64,000 nucleotides of DNA, from the NCBI GenBank assembly GCA_012295275.1, contig CM022673.1, positions 12,276,001 to 12,340,000 of the forward strand, read 5' to 3'. Made by a program: the position numbers and the translations under genes. How positions within the stretch are numbered: the stretch's first letter is position 1; each line of letters begins with the position of its first letter. Under the pieces are notes generated by a model, which searched no databases, was not told the DNA's origin, and saw only the letters and a program-made list of their open reading frames with translations. Of this stretch, positions 16,045 to 27,014 are shown piece after piece. This DNA comes from Chrysomallon squamiferum. Its lineage: Eukaryota > Animalia > Mollusca.

Positions 16045-17012
16045 TTATTGTTATTATTATTATTTACTAATATTATTGTTGTGTTGTTTTGTTGCTGTTG
16101 TTATTATTATTATTATTACTGATTACATAATTGTATTGTTCTTCTGTTCATTTCTGTATAAATCAGATGTGATTATCAAGAACTATAAAAGTATTGTTAT
16201 GGAAATATGCTGCTCTTTAAAATGTTTCATGAAGCCTTGTGTGTACATAGCATAGTTATTCAAACTGAGTTATTTCCCCTTCTTTTTTTTAACATTTATC
16301 ACAATGTTGTCAATAAAACATTTTACAGAATTTTTTTAATTTTAATTTTATTAATTTATTATTAAAATAAATAAAGTTTTTATCTATTTAAATTCATTAA
16401 AGAGAATGAACTAATATTTATTTCGATAAGCTCTCAACTCATTTCAATAACATTTGGTTGTTTTAAGTAAAAATTAATGAAATTTGAGGTGACTGTTTTT
16501 TTTTAATTTTTAAACTGAAATAATGGTTTTTCAGTATCATTTTTCTTTAAATAAATAATTTTAAAGTGTTTATATTTTTCACTTCATTTCACTTTAGAAT
16601 ACAATAATTTTATTTTTAATTGTATATCATTGTTTTAAAATATATATATTTTTTTAATTGCATTTTAATGTTTTAAAATTTTATATTTTTCGGTGTAAAT
16701 CATAATTCTAAAATATTTATATTGCTTTATATTTTTCAGTTTATGTCTATTTTAAACTGTTTATTTATTTCTAGTAGTTCAAGTTCTTCTGTATATGTAT
16801 TAGTTTGAAATATTATTATTTCAAAGTATTTTAAATTTTGATTTCAGCATGGTACATCACTTGAATCCAGAAACTGCTGCAATGTTTGCTGATCAATGTA
16901 CTGTCATTCTTGAAAATGTCAGGTAGTAATAATTTTTATTTGTTCTGTTAAAAATAAATCTGACTAAAAACAGTATAAAACAGAAATAAAAATATCACGA
17001 TAACCCAATGCT

Positions 17013-17044
<32 letters not shown>

Positions 17045-17406
17045 TGCTCACCCCAAAACACAGTAATATTTTATAAATCTTTTTAATCTAAAACAGAAAG
17101 TAAAAAATAAAAATTTTATGATTACATTTTGCATCTCTGTTTTGTACATTATTTATGCTACATAATTGTATTTTATTTATTTTTGTTATTATTAGTTGTT
17201 TTTTTAAAGGTTTTTATACCTGTTTATATTACTTTATTAATAATTGATTATTTATTATTAATTTAAAGGTATATCTGTTTAAATGTTTATTTATGTGTTT
17301 GTTTGTTTGTTTATTTATTTATTACTTTATATTTTTTTCACTTAATTACTTGATTTATTTTGGAAATGCATGTATATGAACAGACAAATAAAAATAAATA
17401 AATCTA

Positions 17407-17477
<71 letters not shown>

Positions 17478-18727
17478 ATATATAAATAAATAAATAAATA
17501 AAAACTAGAGAGAAGAATAAATTCATGAATGATGGACAGAAACACTAATGCAAAAATTCAATTGTGGATGTGATGGTTAATAAAACAAGATTATATATTT
17601 ATTTATTTATATAATATAATATAATATATTATATTATATTATATTGTTTTATTAACCATCATATCCATCATTCATGAATTTATTCTTCCCTCTTGTTTTT
17701 ATTTATTTATTTATTATATATTTATTTATTTATATAATATAATATTATATTATATTATATTATATTATATTATATTATATTATATTATATTATATTATAT
17801 TATATTATATTATATTATATTATATTATATAATAAATAAATAAATAAATAAAAACTAGAAGGAAGAATAAATTCATGAATGATGGATATGATGGTTAATA
17901 AAACAAGTTTATGTATTTATTTATTTATATAATATAATATTATATTATATTATATTATATTATATTATATTATATTATATTATATTATATTATATTATAT
18001 TATATTATATTATATTATATTATGTTATGTTATATTGTATTATATTGTAATTATCATTACATTTAAGGTTTATGCTGGAAGTCAAAATTGAGAATTTAGA
18101 TGAGTTTGTCTCTAAGACAGCTGGGATGGCTAAAGCAGCAGGCTGCAAGGTACATTTTAGAAATGTTGTTCAAAACCTGATGTGATGTAAATGTGATCAA
18201 TATACTCGCTAGTTATAATTTTATTTATTAACTAGTAACTAATCTTTGTTAACTGTGATTATTACGGTGATGATGGAATACATTTCCTCTTTCATCATAA
18301 CATAATTCATAAATAGAAATTTAATTTTTGTTTTCTGTTTTATTTTTAAAAGTTATCTTTTTTGATTTTATAAAAATATTTTTTTTTAAAATTTTATTAA
18401 TTTATATATGTATAAAAAATTATCCAATAATGTTTTCAACAATATTTTTTTATATTCAGAAATTTTATTTAATAAAATATGCAAACTTTAACAATTAATG
18501 TTTGTAAAAAATATTTTTATTTAAAGATTTTATGAATTAATTTTGTAATTTTAGTCATTTGTTTATTTTTTTAAATTTATTTATTATTTTCATTATTTAT
18601 TTATTTATTTATTTTAATTGTTATTTACATATTAAAATATATTTATTTTTTACAGGTTTTGGAACAAAGTGATGGGAAAAAAGACGATTTTTCAAAATTT
18701 GTTTTTGAGTTGAATCCTTCATCATGA
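8602..18727 (+). CDS. DNAAF3: Dynein axonemal assembly factor 3 (PF22 family), complete 16-exon CDS, 1461 nt / 486 aa
   Basis: Hand-spliced exons 8602-8668, 8913-8963, 9409-9503, 10011-10104, 10402-10495, 11066-11129, 11465-11547, 11846-11939, 12706-12828, 13462-13584, 14042-14162, 14968-15075, 15657-15771, 16848-16922, 18068-18149, 18656-18727. All introns are GT-AG and phases are consistent. Family motifs: [80 protein letters not shown]. Confidence 0.95.
8913..8963 (+). CDS. DNAAF3: DNAAF3 exon 2 ([16 protein letters not shown])
   Basis: TTCAG acceptor, GTTTGT donor; symmetric phase 1-1; variable linker region, so less certain. Confidence 0.75.
9409..9503 (+). CDS. DNAAF3: DNAAF3 exon 3 ([18 protein letters not shown]...)
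   Basis: TTTCAG acceptor, GTAAAC donor; conserved motif. Confidence 0.93.
10011..10104 (+). CDS. DNAAF3: DNAAF3 exon 4 ([18 protein letters not shown]...MGLQ)
   Basis: TTTTAG acceptor, GTCAAT donor; in frame. Confidence 0.92.
10402..10495 (+). CDS. DNAAF3: DNAAF3 exon 5 ([15 protein letters not shown]...)
   Basis: TTTCAG acceptor, GTAAGA donor; FLELYGN motif. Confidence 0.93.
11066..11129 (+). CDS. DNAAF3: DNAAF3 exon 6 ([21 protein letters not shown])
   Basis: CACAG acceptor, GTAAAA donor; in frame. Confidence 0.92.
11465..11547 (+). CDS. DNAAF3: DNAAF3 exon 7 ([15 protein letters not shown]...)
   Basis: TTTCAG acceptor, GTAGGT donor; LK|FKERD motif spans the junction. Confidence 0.93.
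11846..11939 (+). CDS. DNAAF3: DNAAF3 exon 8 ([27 protein letters not shown])
   Basis: TCCAG acceptor, GTAAGT donor; hallmark motif. Confidence 0.95.
12058..12399. mobile_element. Tc1/mariner-pogo type MITE in DNAAF3 intron 8 (342 bp)
   Basis: TIRs CAGGTACCAGACCAAATTATCTGG / CCAGATAATTGGTCTGGTACCTG; TA target-site duplication on both sides. Confidence 0.9.
12706..12828 (+). CDS. DNAAF3: DNAAF3 exon 9 ([35 protein letters not shown]...)
   Basis: TGTAG acceptor, GTAATG donor; WRxxGxAF and PNKTLAS motifs. Confidence 0.94.
13462..13584 (+). CDS. DNAAF3: DNAAF3 exon 10 ([19 protein letters not shown]...)
   Basis: TTCTAG acceptor, GTAAGC donor; RGYWGDI motif. Confidence 0.94.
14042..14162 (+). 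CDS. DNAAF3: DNAAF3 exon 11 ([20 protein letters not shown]...)
   Basis: TTTCAG acceptor, GTAAAA donor; in frame. Confidence 0.92.
14968..15075 (+). CDS. DNAAF3: DNAAF3 exon 12 (acidic linker [13 protein letters not shown]...)
   Basis: TTTCAG acceptor, GTACAC donor; phase 1-1. Confidence 0.88.
15393..16328 (+). repeat. Pair of ~145 bp direct repeats (15393-15537, 16184-16328) flanking DNAAF3 exon 13
   Basis: Both read TATAAAAGTATTGTTATGGAAATATGCT...GAGTTATTTCCCCTTC...CAATAAAAC.TTTTACAG. Confidence 0.9.
15657..15771 (+). CDS. DNAAF3: DNAAF3 exon 13 ([13 protein letters not shown]...[13 protein letters not shown])
   Basis: TTTCAG acceptor, GTAGAT donor; in frame. Confidence 0.92.
16848..16922 (+). 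CDS. DNAAF3: DNAAF3 exon 14 ([24 protein letters not shown])
   Basis: TTTCAG acceptor, GTAGTA donor; SMVH motif across the junction. Confidence 0.92.
17490..17906. repeat. Fold-back structure in DNAAF3 intron 14: three copies of a ~70 bp unit in +/-/+ orientation separated by AT-rich simple repeats
   Basis: 17644-17712 is the reverse complement of ~17836-17906; a third copy at ~17490-17590 carries a ~30 bp insertion. Confidence 0.85.
18068..18149 (+). CDS. DNAAF3: DNAAF3 exon 15 ([27 protein letters not shown])
   Basis: Uncommon AAG acceptor, GTACAT donor; in frame, MAxxAG motif. Confidence 0.88.
18656..18727 (+). CDS. DNAAF3: DNAAF3 exon 16, terminal ([23 protein letters not shown])
   Basis: TTACAG acceptor; TGA at 18725-18727. 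Confidence 0.88.
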   Translation, partial: VLEQSDGKKDDFSKFVFELNPSS

Positions 18728-18840
18728 CATCAGTAAATCAGTGATTTTACAGTTGTAAAAACTGACAAAAAACATTTTTAAGTTTACTGCCATAATTACC
18801 GCTGTTTTTATTATTATTATTATTTACATCAAAATTAACA

Positions 18841-18846
18841 AATAAA
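18841..18846 (+). terminator. Candidate polyadenylation signal of DNAAF3
   Basis: AATAAA ~115 nt after the stop; the AT-rich context makes it non-unique. Confidence 0.45.
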
Positions 18847-19326
18847 TAGAACATTTTACTTATGTCATTTGGACTTTACAAAACACCTTCAGTTAAAAAG
18901 GTATTTTATTATTTTATAATTTTGTACAAAACTTCAGTCATCAAATCAGTAATTATTTCAGTATTTATATTTTACTGATTGATATGCATATTCTATTAAT
19001 GCAGACACAGACACATAATTATACCTCTATCTGTGTCAGTCCATCCATCCATCCACCATCCATCTATCTATCTGTCTGTGCATATATACATTCATACACA
19101 TCAAAAATGGAGTTACAAAAGTATTGTTGTTTGATAATCATTATATATCAAAAGTACTATTGTTTGAGCAAATGACATTGTTGTGTTCTACCCATTATAT
19201 CTGTTTAAAATACTAACATAACCATGAAAATAAACCAATTACAGATGTATTAGAATTGTTACTATTTCTTTATTAAATGTATTTAATTTATTAATATTTA
19301 ATAATTAGTTTATCAGTTTTCCTACT

Positions 19327-20440
19327 TTTGCAAAGGGGGAGAACTTTTCTCACACAAGCGAAAACATGCGCCATACCTTTTTCAAAGGTGCACAACTTGT
19401 TTCTCACACGTGGAAAAAAATGCGCTACAAAAAGTTGTTTCCCTTTGTTAAAGGTGTGTCGCACTTTTTCCACGTGTCGGGAAAAGGTTTTCAACATTTA
19501 CAAAAGGTGTGTCGCTTTTTTTCCACGTTAGTGAAAAGAGTTGTCCCCCTTTGGTGGGGTGTACGGCACTTTTCCCCCGTGTGGAGGAAGGGTTGCCACA
19601 TTGTGGGGTAGGTGCGCCTCATCTTTTGGACGCTAGGGGAAAAAGTTACCCCACTTTGAAAAAAGTATGTCTCACCATTTTCCACGTGTGGGGAAAAAAA
19701 TCGGTTTTCAAAATGTTAAAAGGTGTGTAGCACTTTCCCCGCGGATCGGGACCGATGTTTCAACGAGTGCAAAAGGTGCGCGCCGTTGGTTCCACGTGTG
19801 GGAAAAACGTTTCCAACATTTACAAAAGGTGTGCCACATTTTTGCCACGCGTGGGGAAAAAAACCGAGCAATTTTGCAAAGGGTGTGTCGTTTTTTCCCC
19901 TGGTATGGGAAAGAAGTTGCCCCGCTTTGGTGGGGCGTGCGGCACTTTTCCTCCGTGTCGGGGAAGGGTTGCCCCCCTTTAGGGTAAGTGCACCTCAATT
20001 TTGGCACGTGATGGGGAAAAAGTGATCCCACTTTGAAAAAGGTATGTCTCACATTTTCCACGTGTCGGGAACAAATTCGGTTTTGAAACTGTGAAAAACT
20101 GTGTGGCACTCTGCCCGGGGGTCGGGAAAAATGTTTCAACGTGTGCAAAAAGTGCGCGACGTCGGATATGGTGTGGGAGAAACGTTTCCAACATTTACAA
20201 ACAGTGCGCCACATATTTGCCACGCATGGGGAAAAAAAAAAAGAGAGCAAATTTGCAAAAAGTGTGTCCTTCTTTTCCACGTGTCGGAAACGAGTTGTTC
20301 CCCTTGCGTGGGGATACATTTGTTCCCGACACGTGGAAAATGTGAGACATATCTTTTTCAAAGTGGAATAACTTTTTCGCCGCACGTGTCGAAAATGAGG
20401 TGCACCTACCCCAAAGAGGGACAACCCTTCACCCACACAG
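19327..20440. repeat. GC-richer satellite of ~42-44 bp CACGTG-containing subunits with ~375 bp higher-order period and an inverted terminal block
   Basis: CCACTTTGAAAAA at 19651/19652 and 20028; AACATTTACAAA at ~19493, 19815, 20190; 20318-20437 is the reverse complement of ~19956-20075. Confidence 0.88.
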
Positions 20441-20640
20441 TCTAAAAATATGTTTCATTGTTTTTAAGTCAGTTGGAAAATGTTTTCAACAGTTTTAAAA
20501 TACGTTTCACAGTTTTGAAGCCGATTGAAAATGTTTCAACAGATTAAATATATGTTTCATTGTTTTTATACCAGTTTAAAAAATGGTGTCAACGGTTTAA
20601 AAATACTGTTCATTGTTTTAAGGTATTTTAAAATGTTTTT
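20441..20640. repeat. ~50 bp minisatellite (about 4 copies)
   Basis: Recurring AAAAATATGTTTCATTGTTTTTAAG..CAGTT..AAAATGTTT.CAACAG. Confidence 0.7.
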
Positions 20641-20789
20641 CTACATACATTCGTATTAATGTCTAGTAAACAAACTTCAGTGCAAGAACGAAGAAAATCA
20701 ACTTAAAATGTTTCGTGTTTTAATTGTAGTAACATATTTACATTTTCCAGTGGAAACCGTCGATGATAATAATAATTGTGGAAGGAGCA

Positions 20790-21408
20790 GTTTGTGATAA
20801 GGAGATAACTCTATTGTCAGTTGGTAAATACCGGTCTTCTGAAAACCCGAAATTAAATTTTCTGATGTCAGTGCTTTGCTGCTAACCATAACACAACGAG
20901 AGAAAGTTCAGATCCTCTGAAACTGACAGATGATATTTGTATTGCTTTCAGGTGATAAATTTCTAAACATCTACTTTTTAACAGTATGTCTCCATGTTCA
21001 GAATTAAAGCTCTATCCTTTTCAGCAAACATATCTAAATATTTCTCATTCCAGCCTGTGCTCCCTGAATGGCTTTTTAAGGCGACCAATGAGAAGGTCCC
21101 CGTGTACGAAGAACACCATAATGAGTAACCAAAGTTTATTATGTTGTGTGGATGTTGAATTAAGTCTAATTTTTTAAAGCTAAATAAACATCAAACAAAT
21201 AACCTGAATTAGTCTCTGAAATTTGCTGTTAGTGAGTAGTGTTCTTATTTGGTTGCTATAAGCAAGTTTTAGTGTTGAAATGACATTGAATTTGATTCCA
21301 CTTCTCTCAAACAATTATTGTATGCGTTGTGTAGTCGGTGCTAAGAGTGACGGGAACATTTTGGTAGGAATCGGATGTTTTCACACAGGGACGATTTGAC
21401 TGGTAACC
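20790..21408 (-). mobile_element. Decayed pogo-like (DDE_1) transposon remnant
   Basis: Minus-strand fragments KLDLIQHPHNIIN (~21134-21172) and SKALTSENLISGFQKTGIYQL (~20818-20880) resemble pogo DDE motifs; TIR-like end GGTTACCAGTCAAATCGTCCC at 21408-21388. Confidence 0.55.
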
Positions 21409-21598
21409 CTTTTCAAAGGTGTGTGTTTTCCTTACAAACAATTAGTAACAATCATCGCTACAAGTTAGATGTATTATACATGAAATTCACATTTCGCAAT
21501 TACAAACTAAACATTAGTTTAAAACTGTCATGTGTGTGGGTTAAACTGTAAGCTCTTTATTATTTCATAGTTAAATACAAAACGTTGACTAGAACCTT

Positions 21599-21843
<245 letters not shown>

Positions 21844-22524
21844 AACTTAGAATTAATTCTATATACACCAGCGCCTTAAGCGAGTAATCTTTACTGCTTG
21901 TATACGTAATGCACACTTGTGGATCCCCGTAGACATGAAAACACATTTTATTCACTTTTAAAAATTCCATCGATCGCTGCTCGTTTCCAAGACGTTAAAC
22001 GAAGAGATATTATTGAACAGTTCTTAGTACTGGATGGACGTGTGCTCGTGACTGTTAACATGGAGTGACTCGGTATGCAAAGCCTGCCCATGAACCTCGT
22101 TTTTGTCCGGGGAATTTCAAATTCCCAGACCACTGAGAGTCTACTGGTAACTCTGTATGTGTTAATGTTGTTAGAAAAGCGGGGGAGAGGTCTAATAAGA
22201 AAGAAGTGGAATGTATTAAGCGAAAATTGTATAAATCGATCCTTTTTCCATATAACGTGATCGGTAATTGTACTGAAGGATAAACAGACAGACAAGTAGA
22301 CAGACAGTTATTTTATTAACGATTAAGCAAATTTAGAAGTCTGTTTAAGAAAAAAGAAAACCAAAATAAATAAATAAAATATATAAAGTAGAAAAATAAA
22401 TTTAAAACCAAACTAATAAATAAAAAAATTCGTTTGCTGGGTCAGAAGGACTACTTAGACCTTTTTATTCTTCAAGCGGATTTAAAATAAAATTAAATCT
22501 ATTCATTAATTCGGCTTCTAGTAA

Positions 22525-22589
<65 letters not shown>

Positions 22590-22715
22590 TAGTAGTAGTA
22601 GTAGTAATAATAATGATAATGATGTTATTATTTTGTACGTATTCTTTGTATATATGTATGTGTTTAAATAATGTATATATTAAAATTATGTATGTATATT
22701 TTTATGTATATATTG

Positions 22716-22793
<78 letters not shown>

Positions 22794-22899
22794 TGTATGC
22801 TGATTGATGTGCGTATGTGCATATTTGTTTGTTTGTGTATCTATGGTTGGACGGTCGTTTGTATGTATGCCTGAGAAAACGTGTGTGTATGTGTGTGAA

Positions 22900-22948
<49 letters not shown>

Positions 22949-23079
22949 TTCATAACATACAAACCGTGTAGCAGCTGTGTCAGGTCTCTGGGTAACAACA
23001 GCATCATCGACGTCACTTTACATTACTTTAACATAACCTCACCGTCGTCTTTGTATCGCCGACAACATTTAATAAAAAT

Positions 23080-23172
23080 TAGCTCAGTAGTAAGATGTAC
23101 GCTTGAGAAGCAATGAGATGCAGGGTCGAATCTGCTCTGTGGGGGCATTGAGTTATTTCTCGATCCAGACAG
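23080..23172 (+). mobile_element. tRNA-derived SINE 5' fragment
   Basis: A-box TAGCTCAGTAG, B-box-like GGGTCGAATC, then CATTGAGTTATTTCTCGATCCAGACAG; similar body at ~63915-63970 (GGATCGATTC..GCTATTTCTCGTTATAACCAGTG). Confidence 0.65.
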
Positions 23173-24029
23173 CATCTCGCTGATCGATGAAAAGCGGAAA
23201 ATGTCCACGTTCAGTTTTTTTTTTTTTTATATAACTTCAATTAGTATTATTTTGTAGCCATGTTTATTATTATGAAATATTGGATGCAACATCAGTTAAA
23301 AGTAAATAAATTTTCAATATTAATTATCTTTTTAGACATACTTTATTCATATCAATTACAGTCTAATTCTGCCTTTATTAATAACAACAGCAGCAGCAGC
23401 AGCAAACAACAACAACAACACACATAGCAACAAATAAAATTGTGTTGGATACATGAAATACAGCCATAACACAAGAACACACATACGTACTCACACACAC
23501 ACGCATATACGCACATACACTCTGAGTGGACGTAATCAAATAAACACAGTAATAATAATAATAATAATAATAATTTAAAGAATTTTTTTTAATAATAAAA
23601 AATAAAAAAATAAAAATACAAGATAAATGTATATAAAAAGATTGAAGTAAAAAAAAAAAAAAAACGAAAATGGCAAAAAGTAGAAAATATAAAAAAAAAT
23701 ATTTACGAACATTGATCTATTGATTTTTACTTCAGATGTTTGCTTTTCACAGACAGCTTAAATGCCTCGGTTCCATTCACTGAATTTCTCGTTATTGAAA
23801 TTGATGTTTGGGGCACTTGACGGTACATTCAGACTCGGAGTTTGTTGCATTATCAAAGTAGACATTTTCATTTACAAATAAAAAGATTGAACATAGTTAA
23901 TCGTTGTAAAAAAGTAATCTGCGATATTAATAATTAGATTATGAGAGGAATGTATGTAATGTAAAGAATTATACTACAGAAACGAAATCCAGTATATTAT
24001 ATAAATGATTTATAATATTATTAAGACAA

Positions 24030-24093
<64 letters not shown>

Positions 24094-24768
24094 ATAACAA
24101 CAAAACAAGAATAATAAATTATTGCTGTTGTTATAATTATTGTTGTTGTTGTTTTTGTTGTTGTTGTTGTTGTTCTTCTTCTTCTTCTTCTTATTATTAT
24201 TATACGGGAAATAAAAGTGAAAATAAAAAATAATGTAAGTATTAATAGAAAAGTGTTATTATTATTATTGTTGTTTTTTTCTTTTGTGTTTTTTATTATT
24301 GTTGTTGTTGTGGCTGTTGTAGTTGTCATGTAGACATCTTATTACATTCCAGTTTAACTAAAATCATGCAGTTAATATGTGTTTAAGTGTGTTTGTGAAA
24401 AAGAGAAAGACAAACAGATTAACAAACATTTACCTTGGTCGCAAAAGTAATGAGATTAAAACAGACCGCGATAGTTTTGTTAAGAAAAGATCAAGTCAAA
24501 TGTTTATGACGTCATAATGGCAAATTTACTGTTATTGTCAGGTTTGGGGCATGCCATGATTATTATTATTATTATTATTATTTATTATTATTATTATTGC
24601 TGTTGTTAGTACTACTATTAGTATTATTAGTAATAGTAGTTATAGTAGTAGTGGTACGTATAGTAGTCCTAACAGTATAGTTGTTATTCGTGTCATTTTT
24701 TAAATTTTATTATTGTTATCATTTTTTTTTTTAAATTTAATTATTATTATTAAGTTGTAATTCGTGTA

Positions 24769-25536
24769 CAGTGGTACCTCGACTTACGAATGCCCCAATT
24801 GACGAATTTTTCGAGTTACGAGCAGCTGCCCGGCCGATTTTTTGCTTTGAGTTGCGAGCCTAAATCCGAGTTACGACAAACTTCGGATACGCCCCCGCTA
24901 TTGGCGCAACGAACAACATAACATCCGGCCAGCATCAGGCGTCATTCGTTTACTTCACGTGGTTAACTCACTGTGGAAGCATCTCTGCTGTGTTGTGCTC
25001 GCATTTTGTGCAGTATTTTGCCAAATTTCTTTTCTCTGGCCATGGATCCTAAGAACGTGAGTGCAAAAAGACAGTGCTAAGAAGAAGAAAAGAATGATGA
25101 TATAGAATTAAAGATTGAATTCATTGAAAAACATGAGCGAGGTGTGCATGTAGGCGGTTTGACTAGGCAGTACGATATGTACCATACTGAAGCTGAAGGA
25201 GTCAATAAAGGCTGTAACTCCAGCCAAAGGCGTTAAAATAATTTGTCTCATCTCCAAGATAAATACACTTTACAAAACCAGTTTATTTCTTCACATTCTC
25301 TTTTATTTTGTTCTTATATAATATTTGTCATTTATAAAATACATTTTTCTTATTTAAAATCATGTTACAAAAAAAAAAAAAAAAAAAAAAAATATGAGGT
25401 GGCTTTTTGGGGGGGCTGGAAACGGATTAATGGTATTTCAGTTCATTTCAGTTAGGAAAATTGATTTGATATACGAGCAAATTGAGATACGAGCTCGGTC
25501 ACGGAACGAATAAACTCGTAAGTCAAGGCACCACTG
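24769..25536 (+). mobile_element. Internally deleted Tigger (pogo) DNA transposon with frameshifted transposase N-terminus
   Basis: TIRs CAGTGGTACCTCGACTTACGA / TCGTAAGTCAAGGCACCACTG; TA TSD; 25042-~25245 translates with frameshifts as MDPKNVSAK..KKKKRMM..IELKIEFIEKHERGV..LTRQYD..CTILKLKESIKAVTPAKGVKII (CENP-B/psq-type HTH of Tigger transposases). Confidence 0.92.
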
Positions 25537-25544
25537 TATATGTA

Positions 25545-25580
<36 letters not shown>

Positions 25581-26758
25581 TCAAGAACATTCACGTTAAA
25601 AATTAATATATGTAATAAACAATTAAAACTATTTCAATTAAATCATTTTCTTTATAACCATTGTTTTTTTCCCAAGCTCTTTATTTGGCGCAGCTGACTG
25701 GGAAAACATTGTAAAATCAATACAATTTGTTACATCAGTAACATGACACGTGTGGCTGAAAAGTTGTTACACGCTAAAATAATTTACAAAATTTGTTTCG
25801 ATTGATTTAACAGTCAGTATTAACGATTTTGTAACTAGATGGCGAAATTTTGAAACCACTCATTAATATCAGTGAAAGGAGTTTTATATATTTTTTTTTA
25901 TCAATCTGTTTATATTGCTATACTTATTCATATACCTACCTACTTATAATATATACTCATACACATAAACATAAATATACATATATATTCATGAACATAA
26001 ACATATGCACATATATACATATGCGCTCACAAACATACAAATAAGAACAGATATAGTTACACAAACATACACACATATATGCATATATACATACACACAT
26101 ACACACACATACATACATACATACACACAACTGTTACAATAAAACGACGATGATAATGATGAGAAGAAGGATAATGATAATAATAATTCGAAGAAAGTCT
26201 GAAACAAAACAGAAGAAAGGAAAGAATAAAGAAAGCCAACGCCCAAAATTCATCTGCTAAAATGACCGGTTTACATTTTATTCTTCTTTTTTTTTTTTTT
26301 TTTTTTTATAAACAGTAATTTGATCAAATTAGGTTAACGCCTTATATCTCTCTCTCGAGAGAGACTGAAGCGCTATAAATATTACCATGTGATGTGATTT
26401 TTTTCTCCCTCTCTCTCTCTCTCTCTCGAGGGATTTCCCTCGTCATATGCGACCGTTGTTTTTATTTTATTTTATTTTTACTTAACAAAGAAAATATTTT
26501 TTTTTTTATTATAACGTCAAAACTGTCAAACTCAGCGTGTAGTGGATTTTTGTAATCATGAAGTTAATTATAATTAAGCCAATTTGTTCTCTTCGTAGTA
26601 ACATAACCGAGACAAAAACATAATTTGAAGTCTCGTGACTCTGCAGGTGGTGATGTTAAGTCGGTCGAATGTGTGAAGTGGGTTAGAGGTTTCAAGTTAC
26701 GAAATTACTGGAGAATATTATTATTGTCGTCAAGCTGTTTATGATTATGATTATGATT

Positions 26759-26797
<39 letters not shown>

Positions 26798-26970
26798 CTT
26801 GTTGCTGATGTTGTTGTTGTTTTTTTTGTATTTACTGATGATAATAACGTTTATTATTATTTCTACTGTTACTGTTACTACGACTTCTACTACTACTGTT
26901 AGATCTACTACTTCAGTACCACTATTACGACTATTCATAAAATCGTTCAATAGTATAATAACGTAAAATC

Positions 26971-27014
<44 letters not shown>

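Noticed and set aside
19291-20445. Overlapping ORFs up to 242 aa; superficially CRISPR-like or zinc-finger-like periodicity
   Set aside because: They arise from a stop-poor satellite open on both strands; units are mutually homologous with no unique spacers, no cas genes, and eukaryotic context
21948-22295. 115-aa minus-strand ORF in GC-richer sequence
   Set aside because: No recognisable motif or convincing splice boundaries
23736-23823. Isolated + strand exon-like block (TTCAG acceptor, GTACAT donor)
   Set aside because: No partner exons or coding signal found
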